Positions 18,541-27,870 of a stretch of 31,836 nt of DNA are shown one piece after another (position 1 is the first letter of the stretch; every line of letters starts with the position of its first letter). A program made the translations under genes and the position numbers. The DNA is from a virus (taxonomy: Duplodnaviria; Caudoviricetes). The notes under the pieces are model-generated. The model was not told the origin of the DNA and ran no database searches. It saw only the letters and a program-made list of their open reading frames with translations. The DNA is taken from IMG/VR virus record IMGVR_UViG_3300043391_000065, positions 1 through 31,836 of that record, one strand, 5' to 3'.

Positions 18541-20061
18541 CTATACTAAAGGTTTAGATTTTTTAACACTAGGTTTAACATCAGGTTGAGTATCTAAAAG
18601 GTCTTTATCAGAACCTTCTTCTCCAATTTGAGCATCAATATCTTCAATATCTCTATCTGATTGTTTTAAAATATTCTTACGTATATAATTATTTGAAAAA
18701 TATTTGCCTATATAACTTTCCATACTTTGTAATAAAGCTATTCTATCCTTCATCATTTCACTTTCTTTTAATTCAGCAAAATGACCATCCGTTAAAAAGT
18801 CATAATTTAAAGTACTAGCAATTGTTGACCAATCTTCATCAGCAATAATACCTTTTAATATTAATTGAGTACGTAATATATCACTAAACAATTCAGTAAA
18901 TTTCTTTCTTAATCTACCTACAAATTTAGTAAATTTAACTTCATCTCTACTAATTTCAGCAGCTCTACCCATATTAAATCCAGAAGATGCTTCTAATCTA
19001 CTAACCGGAACGTTAAGAGAACGATACAATTTCTTTTGGAAATATTCTATATCAGCAATTTCTCCTAAATTTTGGCCGCCTGGTAATGTAGTGATCTCTG
19101 TTCCTCTACCGCCTTCTCTACGAGGTAACCAATAATCTTCCAACATGTTCATATAATTACGATCATCTCTAATCTCACCAGTAGTTGCGTCATAAACAAG
19201 TTTATTTCTATATCTTGCCATAACATCTCTTAAATATTGTTCAGCTTTAAGTTTAGGAAGATTACCTACATCTATATAAAATATTCTTCTTTCTGGAGCT
19301 CTGGCGATACGATAAATTACCATAGCATCTTCAATCATTCTTAATTGATTAACTGACTTAATTGCTTTATGTAAATATGATAATATTTGATTTCTATTTT
19401 GATCTATTAATCCCGAATTAGAATAAGCAATTGCATCAGCAGATATTCTAATACCAGAACTTGAAGTTCCGCCTGAAACACCTCTTTCATTATATATGTA
19501 ATATTCTTCAAATTCAGTAGTTATATCTAAGTTTGCTCCTCTTGCTCTTTTAACTTCTCTTACTTTTTTAATTTTTCTAGGATCAATGTACTTCAATTCT
19601 ACAATACCATTTTTAGGATTTTCTCTATCAATAACTTTTTGATAATACATACGACCATCTACATACCATCTTCTAAAGATGTCGTGTCCTTTTGTATTAA
19701 AATCCAATAAAAGTAATACGTTTTTAAATTCTTCTTCTATTTTTCTTCTTACTTCAGATCCAAATGCTAAGTTAGTTAAATCTACATGTACAGAATCTTT
19801 AGTTTCATTTACAACAATAGCTTCACTAACGATATCATCTACCGCTGAATCACATTCTGGATGTAATGAAATTTCTCTATAACGTCTTACTAAATCTGCT
19901 TCGTTTTTAGCCGTACCTTCTAAATCTAAAAATTGTCCAAAAGCACCACCAACAGCAGAGACGGTAGTTGCACCATCATCAGCAGTAGGTATACTAAAAC
20001 TTTGTTTGGGGTCTTGTTCTCGTTTTTTTCTTGTGATTGAAAATCCAAATAGATCGGCCAT
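18541..20061 (-). CDS. gp20: gp20 portal vertex protein
   Basis: FRRWYVDGR, YRIARAPERRIFYIDVGNLPK, EDYWLPRREGGRGTEITTLPGGQNLG. Confidence 0.98.
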   Translation of the reverse strand: MADLFGFSITRKKREQDPKQSFSIPTADDGATTVSAVGGAFGQFLDLEGTAKNEADLVRRYREISLHPECDSAVDDIVSEAIVVNETKDSVHVDLTNLAFGSEVRRKIEEEFKNVLLLLDFNTKGHDIFRRWYVDGRMYYQKVIDRENPKNGIVELKYIDPRKIKKVREVKRARGANLDITTEFEEYYIYNERGVSGGTSSSGIRISADAIAYSNSGLIDQNRNQILSYLHKAIKSVNQLRMIEDAMVIYRIARAPERRIFYIDVGNLPKLKAEQYLRDVMARYRNKLVYDATTGEIRDDRNYMNMLEDYWLPRREGGRGTEITTLPGGQNLGEIADIEYFQKKLYRSLNVPVSRLEASSGFNMGRAAEISRDEVKFTKFVGRLRKKFTELFSDILRTQLILKGIIADEDWSTIASTLNYDFLTDGHFAELKESEMMKDRIALLQSMESYIGKYFSNNYIRKNILKQSDRDIEDIDAQIGEEGSDKDLLDTQPDVKPSVKKSKPLV

Positions 20062-20125
20062 GATTAAATCCTTTTTACATCAACTGTATTAGAGAAAGCT
20101 GTGTGATGTGTTTGTTTCATAATAT

Positions 20126-20133
20126 TATTTATA
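20126..20133 (-). promoter_or_regulatory. T4 late promoter (gp20)
   Basis: TATAAATA just downstream of the gp19 terminator. Confidence 0.85.
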
Positions 20134-20138
20134 AGTCT

Positions 20139-20165
20139 AAAAAGAGCCGCTTTTAGGCGGCTCTT
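20139..20165 (-). terminator. Rho-independent terminator after gp19
   Basis: Minus strand AAGAGCCGC-ctaaaa-GCGGCTCTT then TTT. Confidence 0.88.
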
Positions 20166-20179
20166 CTTAATATTAACTA

Positions 20180-20707
20180 CTATGTAGTTGTATTTGTTTC
20201 AAAGAATTGGTACGAAAAAGTAACAACAAATTGTTCGATTGCTGTTTGTTCGTCATACGTTAAATCAATAGCACCTATGTCTTTTGGAAAAGCACCTCTA
20301 AGTGTGTATGATTTAATAGTATTTCCGTTACGATCTAAATGATCTACAAACGCATCTACTTGATAATCAGCAGGATTTGTTAATCCTTCGTTATCTGTCA
20401 TATTGTTGATACCATTTTGCCATCTTTCAAAAGCATTTCTCAATTTGAAGTTTGAATCGTTATAAACTGTAACTGTCCAATCCGCAAATGTTCTATCTCC
20501 TGCGATTTTGATTGATCGACCTCTAAACTTAACGTCAACCTCTCCTAAAGTCATTGCAGGTATAGTTGTTGCTCTACATAAGAAAGCAAGATCTTCTATT
20601 TCTCCACCAACTTGAGCATAACCTGGAAAAGGCATTACTACCTTAAACTGGTTAGCACGAGCGCCACCGCCAGAAAGTTTAGCTTTGAAGTCATTAATGT
20701 TTGCCAT
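20180..20707 (-). CDS. gp19: gp19 tail tube protein
   Basis: GGGARANQF, FRGRSIKIAGDRTFADWTVTV, LRNAFERW. Confidence 0.96.
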   Translation of the reverse strand: MANINDFKAKLSGGGARANQFKVVMPFPGYAQVGGEIEDLAFLCRATTIPAMTLGEVDVKFRGRSIKIAGDRTFADWTVTVYNDSNFKLRNAFERWQNGINNMTDNEGLTNPADYQVDAFVDHLDRNGNTIKSYTLRGAFPKDIGAIDLTYDEQTAIEQFVVTFSYQFFETNTTT

Positions 20708-20729
20708 TTTTTTGTTCTCCTATTCTAAA

Positions 20730-22658
20730 TTAACCGACTACTTCCGAAAAGGAAACGCCGCTTCTGGTTGCTATAAAAGATAATGTGATAAAGTTAATGC
20801 TTCTAGCAGGTTTAACATAAATTTGTGCTATGAACTCATTTCTATCAATTACTTCGCCTGTATTAATTGTGTCATCACATATTACTTTGAAATCAGTAAT
20901 ACCTTTTCTGCCTTGAACTTCTCGTAAGAATGGTTCAACGATATTTCTAAAGTTTGCTCTAGTAAATTCGTCATTGAACTCAAACAACTGAAATTTGGCA
21001 GCTGTAGATATTGCTTTTTCTAATATGATAAACAATCTTCTAACATTGATTCTATCAAATGCAGATGGTGATGTCAAGCCGGTTTTATCACCAAAAAGAA
21101 CCACACCTTGACCAGGAAAATTAACTACTGGGTTAATTCTTGATCTATAAAGGTCATCTCTTTGATCTTGTGTTGGATTGAACGCCAATTTAACTGCACC
21201 TCTAATATTACCTCTGTTGTAACCTGCTGGAGAATACCAAGCATCTGCTACTAGATCCGTTCTAGCACATAAGCCTGCGATATCACCATTTAAAGGCACC
21301 CAACGGTACGTATCAGCATATCTATCGTACATATATTTGTATCCACTATCAGCCACCACAAAAGATGATGATCTCATAGTTGAATAGAAACTTAATACGT
21401 TAGATAATTGAGTATTAGTATTACCAATGTTAACAACGTCTGATCTTCTTGGAGATACAAACGCTAAACAATCATTTCTAGTTTCAGCAATAGTTATCAA
21501 GTTATCAATTCCAATAGATGAAGTAACTTGACCAGCTATTAATAAACCAACATCAACTGTTTCTTTATCTAAGAAAAGTTCTAATGCTGTTTTATGTTGA
21601 CCAACAGTTGCTGCTGAACCTAAACTACCACCAGATAATGTACTAACAGAGTTAGCCACAGCTGCACTATTAAAATCATTATTAAACGCTGTTTGTCCCC
21701 AATTTCCTGGATTTGTAAGATGATCCATCCAATAAACGTATTGTGAATGATCACTTATAACAGCAGCATAATAATTACTATCTCCTTGAGGAGTTTTAGC
21801 GTCAGATGCTTTTGATAATTTAGAATAAGATTCTAAAATTGAACCTGCAGTTCCAGTAAGATATCCTAAAACATCTACCACAACAACATGGATCTCATCA
21901 TTAGAACCACCTTTTTGAGCAGCATAAGGTGAAGTTCCTGGAGTACCGTTTACTTGATCGTAATACTTCCATCTTCTTCTTACGTTAGCGCCGTTCGTTA
22001 CGGTTTTTTCTAAACCATAATCACCACCGTGTTGTCTAGTTATTGTAACTGTATTAGTACTAATAGAAGTTACATTATATTTGTAACCATCATAATCAGT
22101 ACCAGCAGAAGTAGTAGAAAATTCTAGCACATCGCCTACAGCAATATTAGATGCTGATGTTAACACTATATTTTTATCTCCTACAGCAGTAGCAGCATCA
22201 TTAACTGTAGTAATTGCGTCTTGTTGGAAACCATTAGCAGTTGAACATGTATATACTCCTAATGTATTGCCCCATGTACCTGCTGTTTTAGCAGCAAAGT
22301 AACCAACTGATGCTTGACCTGTAGAATAATTTTCTTTGTGGTCGTTATAATTTTTTATTAATAATCCACTGCCATTTGCAGTAGCGTTTAATAATCCTGT
22401 GTTAGATGTTCGTACTACTCTTAAAGCATTAGAGTATTGTAGAAAACTAGCAGCAGCAAACCAATCTTCAAAATTAGAATCATTTGGATTTCCAAAATAT
22501 TTTACTAACTCTGATTCAGTTGCAACTGTTACTATTTCTTCTACCGGACCTTTAGAAGATTCCATAGCAATAGCACCAACACTAGTTGATACAGCTGGAA
22601 TTACTCTAGTTAAGTCTCTTTCTTGTACGAGAACACCTGGTGATATTTGAAATGCCAT
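20730..22658 (-). CDS. gp18: gp18 tail sheath protein
   Basis: SPGVLVQERDLT, WYSPAGYNRG, FDRINVRRLF, KPARSINFITLSF. Confidence 0.97.
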   Translation of the reverse strand: MAFQISPGVLVQERDLTRVIPAVSTSVGAIAMESSKGPVEEIVTVATESELVKYFGNPNDSNFEDWFAAASFLQYSNALRVVRTSNTGLLNATANGSGLLIKNYNDHKENYSTGQASVGYFAAKTAGTWGNTLGVYTCSTANGFQQDAITTVNDAATAVGDKNIVLTSASNIAVGDVLEFSTTSAGTDYDGYKYNVTSISTNTVTITRQHGGDYGLEKTVTNGANVRRRWKYYDQVNGTPGTSPYAAQKGGSNDEIHVVVVDVLGYLTGTAGSILESYSKLSKASDAKTPQGDSNYYAAVISDHSQYVYWMDHLTNPGNWGQTAFNNDFNSAAVANSVSTLSGGSLGSAATVGQHKTALELFLDKETVDVGLLIAGQVTSSIGIDNLITIAETRNDCLAFVSPRRSDVVNIGNTNTQLSNVLSFYSTMRSSSFVVADSGYKYMYDRYADTYRWVPLNGDIAGLCARTDLVADAWYSPAGYNRGNIRGAVKLAFNPTQDQRDDLYRSRINPVVNFPGQGVVLFGDKTGLTSPSAFDRINVRRLFIILEKAISTAAKFQLFEFNDEFTRANFRNIVEPFLREVQGRKGITDFKVICDDTINTGEVIDRNEFIAQIYVKPARSINFITLSFIATRSGVSFSEVVG

Positions 22659-22756
22659 TCGGGTTTTCTCCTTATTTAATTAGCTAATTTTAACATATAT
22701 AATTCAAAACTCGTATTATTCATACGCCCATAGTCAAAAGTTATCATACGTACATC

Positions 22757-22764
22757 TATTTATA
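22757..22764 (-). promoter_or_regulatory. T4 late promoter (gp18-19)
   Basis: TATAAATA about 100 nt upstream of gp18. Confidence 0.8.
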
Positions 22765-22784
22765 AAAGACGTATTTTTGACGCT

Positions 22785-24428
22785 TTATTGAAAATCCTCA
22801 CCTTTTCTTATATGAACTGGATGCCATACTTCTCCATATTCATCTTTAAAAGGTTGAGATTCTGGTGTATTAATACCATCATCAATAAATCCAAATGGCG
22901 CCATATCTTGTTCTATGATATTAGATTGTTCTTCATACAACTTAGAACGAACATCCGAATTACTTAATTCTTTAAAATACGTCTGATTTGATAACCAACC
23001 AAATATAATAAGACAAGTCATCAAGTCATCATTACATCCTTCTTCTGCTTTCCATGAATTATTTTGACGTGAAAAGGTAGACATTTCTTCTATAATATTA
23101 AAATCATTAATAATAATTTTATCAGATTCCACAATTGTTTTTAAATTAGAACATCCAACTTTCTTAATTTGTTTAGTCATACGAATACCTAATTGACTTC
23201 CTCTACCACTAAAACCAGAACCCAATACTTGACCAGCTCTACCTCTTTGAGTTGTCATTAACAAATTATCATATTCTAAATCATACTGTAATGCGTCAGA
23301 TATTTGGCCACCTAAATCATTTACCTCAACCAAAATATGTGCGTTGTTATAACCTTTACATGTTTGTTGTATAACATTTGGAAACACCATAGGTTTAATT
23401 TCATTGTTACGATATTTGGCCACAACTCTATAAGGCATTTGAGAAACATCAAATATTATAAATGCAGAAAAATCTTTTCCCATACCTCTGGCTACATCAA
23501 CAGTACATACATACATTTTATTTTTATCAGGTTTTTCAAATACATCTAGTCCACCTTGTGATTGTAGAGGTGGTGCATAAGGTATAACTTTTATTTTAGT
23601 AGATGATATAAGAGTATCAATGGAACCTAAAAATTCACATTCAAACTCCTGGTTAAATTGTTCTTGACTTGTATTTCTTATTGTATTTTCTTTCCATTTC
23701 TCATCTCTACCAGGAACTTCTGACCAATGCACTTCTATAGGAACATAATCGTTTTGTTTATTAACAGCATCAGTCCATAACTTATAGTACATGTTCATAC
23801 CGTGTGGCGTAGATACGATAATCATTTTAGTATTTTTACCAGATGATATAGTAGGAAACACTGAACTAAAGAATTGCTCGGCAATAGTTGCAGGTACGAA
23901 AGCAAACTCGTCTAAGAATATGATGTTATAAGAACCTCCTCGAACGGCACTTGAAGATGTGGCAGCAGCAACAATCTTACTACCATTTTCTAATTCAATA
24001 CTACCTTTATTCCAGTTTAATACTCCTTGTTGCAAAAACTTTGGTATATTCTCATACGCTAATTGTAAACGGCCCAGTATATCTCTTGCAGTTGATGATT
24101 TATTTGCAAGTATAGCAACGTTAGAATTTGCATTAAATAAAGCATAATGTAAAAGATAGGCTACAATAATTGTTGATTTACCAGACTGTCTAGGTAACTT
24201 ACATATAGTAAATCTATTATTGTGCATTGTTCCAATAATGTCTTTTTGAAAGTCGTACATTTTAAATGGTATCAAACCGTCATCCAAAGAAACAATCTTT
24301 ACATAGTTTTGAATGAAATATAAAGGGTCTTTAGAACAACTATCAAACTCCTGTATCTGTTCTTGTGTAAACTCTACAGGTACATTGATTTTTTTTAGGT
24401 TTGGATTACCGAGATAAACGTCTGCCAT
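22785..24428 (-). CDS. gp17: gp17 terminase large subunit
   Basis: YLGNPNLK, PRQSGKST, IFLDEFAFV, STPHGMN, DVARG, NDDLM; no intein or intron evident. Confidence 0.97.
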   Translation of the reverse strand: MADVYLGNPNLKKINVPVEFTQEQIQEFDSCSKDPLYFIQNYVKIVSLDDGLIPFKMYDFQKDIIGTMHNNRFTICKLPRQSGKSTIIVAYLLHYALFNANSNVAILANKSSTARDILGRLQLAYENIPKFLQQGVLNWNKGSIELENGSKIVAAATSSSAVRGGSYNIIFLDEFAFVPATIAEQFFSSVFPTISSGKNTKMIIVSTPHGMNMYYKLWTDAVNKQNDYVPIEVHWSEVPGRDEKWKENTIRNTSQEQFNQEFECEFLGSIDTLISSTKIKVIPYAPPLQSQGGLDVFEKPDKNKMYVCTVDVARGMGKDFSAFIIFDVSQMPYRVVAKYRNNEIKPMVFPNVIQQTCKGYNNAHILVEVNDLGGQISDALQYDLEYDNLLMTTQRGRAGQVLGSGFSGRGSQLGIRMTKQIKKVGCSNLKTIVESDKIIINDFNIIEEMSTFSRQNNSWKAEEGCNDDLMTCLIIFGWLSNQTYFKELSNSDVRSKLYEEQSNIIEQDMAPFGFIDDGINTPESQPFKDEYGEVWHPVHIRKGEDFQ

Positions 24429-24865
24429 TATTTACTTTCAGGTTCTATTTTTGTCTTTAACATCTTTTGTAATTCAGCCGTAGAACCTACAAACAGTGCA
24501 TTTTTAATTTGAGGTGATGCTGATTTTGTAGCAGCTTTTAAATCTTTTAATTTTTTTTGTAAGTCTTGCAATTTGTCAACTGTTTGAGCCACATTTGTTA
24601 TTAATTGACCTACAACCTCGTAAGCTCTTGGATGTTGTCCTTCTTTTGCAATTTCCAAAATACCTTCAATTGCTTGTTGACCTTTTTCTATTAAATTATA
24701 ATAACTCTCTCTACTATAATCATAATCATTATCTATATCTGGTTTATTTTTATCTTCTATTCTAGGTACGGAAGGATTATCTACTTTAATTATAGATTCT
24801 AACGTAGGCGTTTCTTTAGGTTGAATACCTAAAATTTCATTTACTTTATCATCAAGTTTAGTCAT
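24428..24865 (-). CDS. gp16: gp16 terminase small subunit
   Basis: DYDYSRESYYNLIEKG, HPRAYEV, NALFVGSTAELQKML. Confidence 0.94.
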   Translation of the reverse strand: MTKLDDKVNEILGIQPKETPTLESIIKVDNPSVPRIEDKNKPDIDNDYDYSRESYYNLIEKGQQAIEGILEIAKEGQHPRAYEVVGQLITNVAQTVDKLQDLQKKLKDLKAATKSASPQIKNALFVGSTAELQKMLKTKIEPESK

Positions 24866-24870
24866 AATAC

Positions 24871-24878
24871 TATTTATT
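24871..24878 (-). promoter_or_regulatory. Variant late promoter (gp16-17)
   Basis: AATAAATA (one mismatch to TATAAATA), 5 nt before the ATG. Confidence 0.55.
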
Positions 24879-24884
24879 ATATAT

Positions 24885-25655
24885 TTACTTATTGATTGGG
24901 CCTTCTATGGTTGTTGTAAATCCAAAATCATCATCAGCCTTAGCATCTGTTGGATTTGGTACTATGGTAATTCTTTCGTCTATTGTAGTGGTTGTTGTAT
25001 TTGTAGTACCATATACATCTGATTGTGTTTCGAGAATAACTTTACTAGTAGAAGAAGGACCAAATAAATATGTTTTTGCAGTGAAATTTAATGTATATAT
25101 AACGGCTCTTCTTTGATCAAAATTGCCAGTATAACTATCTTCATAACCAACACTATTCAAAACTATAGGAACATCTCTTTTAATATCTAACTCTGGTAAT
25201 AGATTTAATGTAACGGTGTAGTCTGGTTGAAAGTAAGGCAATATCTGTTCTACAATTTGCAATCCATTTTCAGCTGTAGCCGTGAATATATTTAATGTAT
25301 AATTTATATTATAAGGCACAGGAGCGTAATTATAATTTAGAGAAGCACCAGTGTTTGTTTTAGTTGTTCTATATTTTTGTACACGTGATAACTTTCTTGT
25401 ATGATCATAAACAATACCAGATATTTCAAAACTCATACGAGGCAATACGATTGCAAACTCTCTGTCTTGTAAATCTTTTTGTTGATCTAAACGAACCAAA
25501 AACTTTTCCTTCGGTCCATATGCCAAAGGAACAGTAATACTCTGAACTAATTTTCCATTAACATCTGCCTTTTTAACCTGTATATCATTGAAGATAGTAC
25601 CAAAAGCAACCGTTAATTTTCTAAGGCCTTCGTTATAAAAGAATGTTCCGAACAT
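24885..25655 (-). CDS. gp15: gp15 tail sheath stabiliser / completion protein
   Basis: AFGTIFNDI, VPLAYGPKEKFL, LPRMSFE, QIVEQILPYFQP. Confidence 0.95.
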   Translation of the reverse strand: MFGTFFYNEGLRKLTVAFGTIFNDIQVKKADVNGKLVQSITVPLAYGPKEKFLVRLDQQKDLQDREFAIVLPRMSFEISGIVYDHTRKLSRVQKYRTTKTNTGASLNYNYAPVPYNINYTLNIFTATAENGLQIVEQILPYFQPDYTVTLNLLPELDIKRDVPIVLNSVGYEDSYTGNFDQRRAVIYTLNFTAKTYLFGPSSTSKVILETQSDVYGTTNTTTTTIDERITIVPNPTDAKADDDFGFTTTIEGPINK

Positions 25656-26449
25656 TAGTATATTCCTGGGTTACCAAAAGGGTTTAATTCATTAAAATCT
25701 AATATATCATCAGCAGTAGTAGATGTAGCAAAACCAGCTTCAGTATCAAATCCTAAATTGTCAGCATAAGGTGAATTAATAACACCTGTTTGTGTTTCTT
25801 CATATAAAAAGTATTCATCATCATTATTTACAGTATCGTTTTCTAATAATAAAGAACCAGAACTATCTTCTAATAATGTATGATGATCTAATTGATTTAA
25901 TGTAAACGCAGCTTCTTTATCGTCAATTGCTTGAACACCTGTATCTAATTGTTCGCTTGAGTATTCCCAACGAGTAACTCGCAATTTATATACAGGTAAA
26001 TTACCTAATGCAAAAAATGGTTGTTGATCTTCAACAAACTGTATTTCAAAAAAACTATTCATTAAAGGCATATAAATTATATCGCCTTCGTTTGGTCTGC
26101 CTTGTGCAATTAATGTGGTACGAGAACTTACTAATTCTTCAAATCTCCTTTTAGAAATCATAAATGTAGTATCTTCACGAATTTCTAAACCAAATTTATT
26201 AATGATTTCTTGTTGACCTAAAAACCCCTCTGTAGTTTCAAAGTATGCTTCCAAAGGAAAGGCACCTTTAAATCTACTAGCAACATCTTCACCAAGAAGA
26301 ATATCTTTGTTAACCAAAGTTCTTGGCATATAATAAACTAAATTTCCGTAGATTTTAAGACCTTCTATTATTAAATCTTCGTGTAGTCTTTGTTCTGAAA
26401 AATTTCCTATGCCGTTACCGGACTGAAAATATGGATTCATTACAACCAT
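25655..26449 (-). CDS. gp14: gp14 neck protein
   Basis: EQRLHEDLIIE, YYMPR, KFGLEIRE, RPNEGDIIY, FNELNPFG. Confidence 0.95.
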   Translation of the reverse strand: MVVMNPYFQSGNGIGNFSEQRLHEDLIIEGLKIYGNLVYYMPRTLVNKDILLGEDVASRFKGAFPLEAYFETTEGFLGQQEIINKFGLEIREDTTFMISKRRFEELVSSRTTLIAQGRPNEGDIIYMPLMNSFFEIQFVEDQQPFFALGNLPVYKLRVTRWEYSSEQLDTGVQAIDDKEAAFTLNQLDHHTLLEDSSGSLLLENDTVNNDDEYFLYEETQTGVINSPYADNLGFDTEAGFATSTTADDILDFNELNPFGNPGIY

Positions 26450-26452
26450 ATA

Positions 26453-27265
26453 TTATCCTATCATAAATGTTGGTGCAATTTCGTAAGAATCTCTTATTTC
26501 TTTTTCTAGTTTATCTATTTCTGTTTGAGCTTCATCAAATATTTTTGCACCATTTAATGTAACTCCACCTAACATAGTTACTCCACCAAATTTTGATAAA
26601 TTGGATCCCCACTGTCTTTTAAATTGAGACGTTACATATCTCTTTAACCAAATATCGTTGTAAACATCTGTATAGGTATTAGGATCTAATTTACGATAAC
26701 ACTCTATAACCAAGTATTCATTTACTTGCATATCGTTAGTCCAATCCATATCAATGTATAATCTGTTATCGTGTTGTTGAAATCTTAATGGTTTCATACC
26801 AACTAAAATCATATCTAAAAAATCTAAATGTCTTAACACCATATCATAGTTAATAATTGATGTTGAAGCAAAGTCATAAAGGTCATTTAAACGTAATTGA
26901 TATCTTACGTCAAACATGTTTAGATTTGCTTTATCAGAAAAAGGTAAAATGTTAACAACAGAAATGACAGTTTCAGGAACCACAATATAATTGTTTGCTT
27001 CGTACCATGTAGAAGAAACTCCGTTTTTAGTGGCCACTTCAGTACTAGGTATAGAGGCCTTTAATCTTGTCTTATCTTCTTCTGTTAATTTATATTTAAG
27101 ATATGTTCTACGAATACCATCATAATGGTGTTGAGCATAGAATTGTAGAGACTCATCCAATCTATCTTCTAATTGATCATTATCCACGTTAATCTCTATA
27201 ACGGGTTTACCTAATGATCTTAAAGCGTATTGTTTTAATGTTTCTCTTGTTGATGGAGTAGCCAT
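26453..27265 (-). CDS. gp13: gp13 neck protein
   Basis: LRSLGKPVIEINV, KRQWGSNLSKF, LGGVTLNG. Confidence 0.95.
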   Translation of the reverse strand: MATPSTRETLKQYALRSLGKPVIEINVDNDQLEDRLDESLQFYAQHHYDGIRRTYLKYKLTEEDKTRLKASIPSTEVATKNGVSSTWYEANNYIVVPETVISVVNILPFSDKANLNMFDVRYQLRLNDLYDFASTSIINYDMVLRHLDFLDMILVGMKPLRFQQHDNRLYIDMDWTNDMQVNEYLVIECYRKLDPNTYTDVYNDIWLKRYVTSQFKRQWGSNLSKFGGVTMLGGVTLNGAKIFDEAQTEIDKLEKEIRDSYEIAPTFMIG

Positions 27266-27286
27266 TTTATACCTGTTTTATTACTA

Positions 27287-27294
27287 TATTTATA
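27287..27294 (-). promoter_or_regulatory. T4 late promoter (gp13)
   Basis: TATAAATA, minus strand, intergenic. Confidence 0.85.
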
Positions 27295-27326
27295 ATAAAA
27301 AAAACAAGAGAAAACGACTATTTTAC

Positions 27327-27869
27327 TTATCTGAATTGATCAAAGTCTTTATATACAAAATTCATGGCCAAACTAATTCTAGTTTCATCACTTAAATTAG
27401 GTTCCACAGAATGTACAATATATGCAGGAAATAAAAGTAAATCACCAACCTTTGGTGTAATTCTATGATAACTTCTACCACTCAAACCATCTTCAAATGA
27501 AGGTATAAAAGAATTTGCTCCTCTAGGATCATGTAATAATATATCACCAGACCTTTCATTAGTGTGTACATAATAAACACCTATTACAGTATTACCTGAA
27601 TGTTCGTGTGGTGTTTGAAATTGATATTTTAAAGTTGCTGTTGTCCAACTTTGTTTTAATTTTAGATCAATTTGTTTACCTGTTAATTCTTTCAGATATA
27701 ATTCAGCTTCATTATTAAATATTTTTTCTATTTTATTAGCTTCGTCTTTAGGTAAATTTTCATTAAAATTATTTTTAAATTTAAGAGATTGGGCTCTACC
27801 GATAATAGGATTTATTTCCTCATAGTTTAATTTTACTATTTTTACAGGCGTTGTAAATAGATGTTCCAT
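27327..27869 (-). CDS. Putative 2OG-Fe(II) oxygenase (TIGR02466-like)
   Basis: PHEH, GVYYV, GDILLHDPR, GDLLLFPAYIVHSVEPN...RISLAMN; starts 1 nt after the rSAM stop. Confidence 0.85.
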   Translation of the reverse strand: MEHLFTTPVKIVKLNYEEINPIIGRAQSLKFKNNFNENLPKDEANKIEKIFNNEAELYLKELTGKQIDLKLKQSWTTATLKYQFQTPHEHSGNTVIGVYYVHTNERSGDILLHDPRGANSFIPSFEDGLSGRSYHRITPKVGDLLLFPAYIVHSVEPNLSDETRISLAMNFVYKDFDQFR

Positions 27870-27870
27870 A

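Noticed and set aside
13657-24428. Introns, inteins or homing endonucleases in gp17, gp20 or gp23
   Set aside because: ORFs are continuous, of normal length, and show no splicing or endonuclease motifs.
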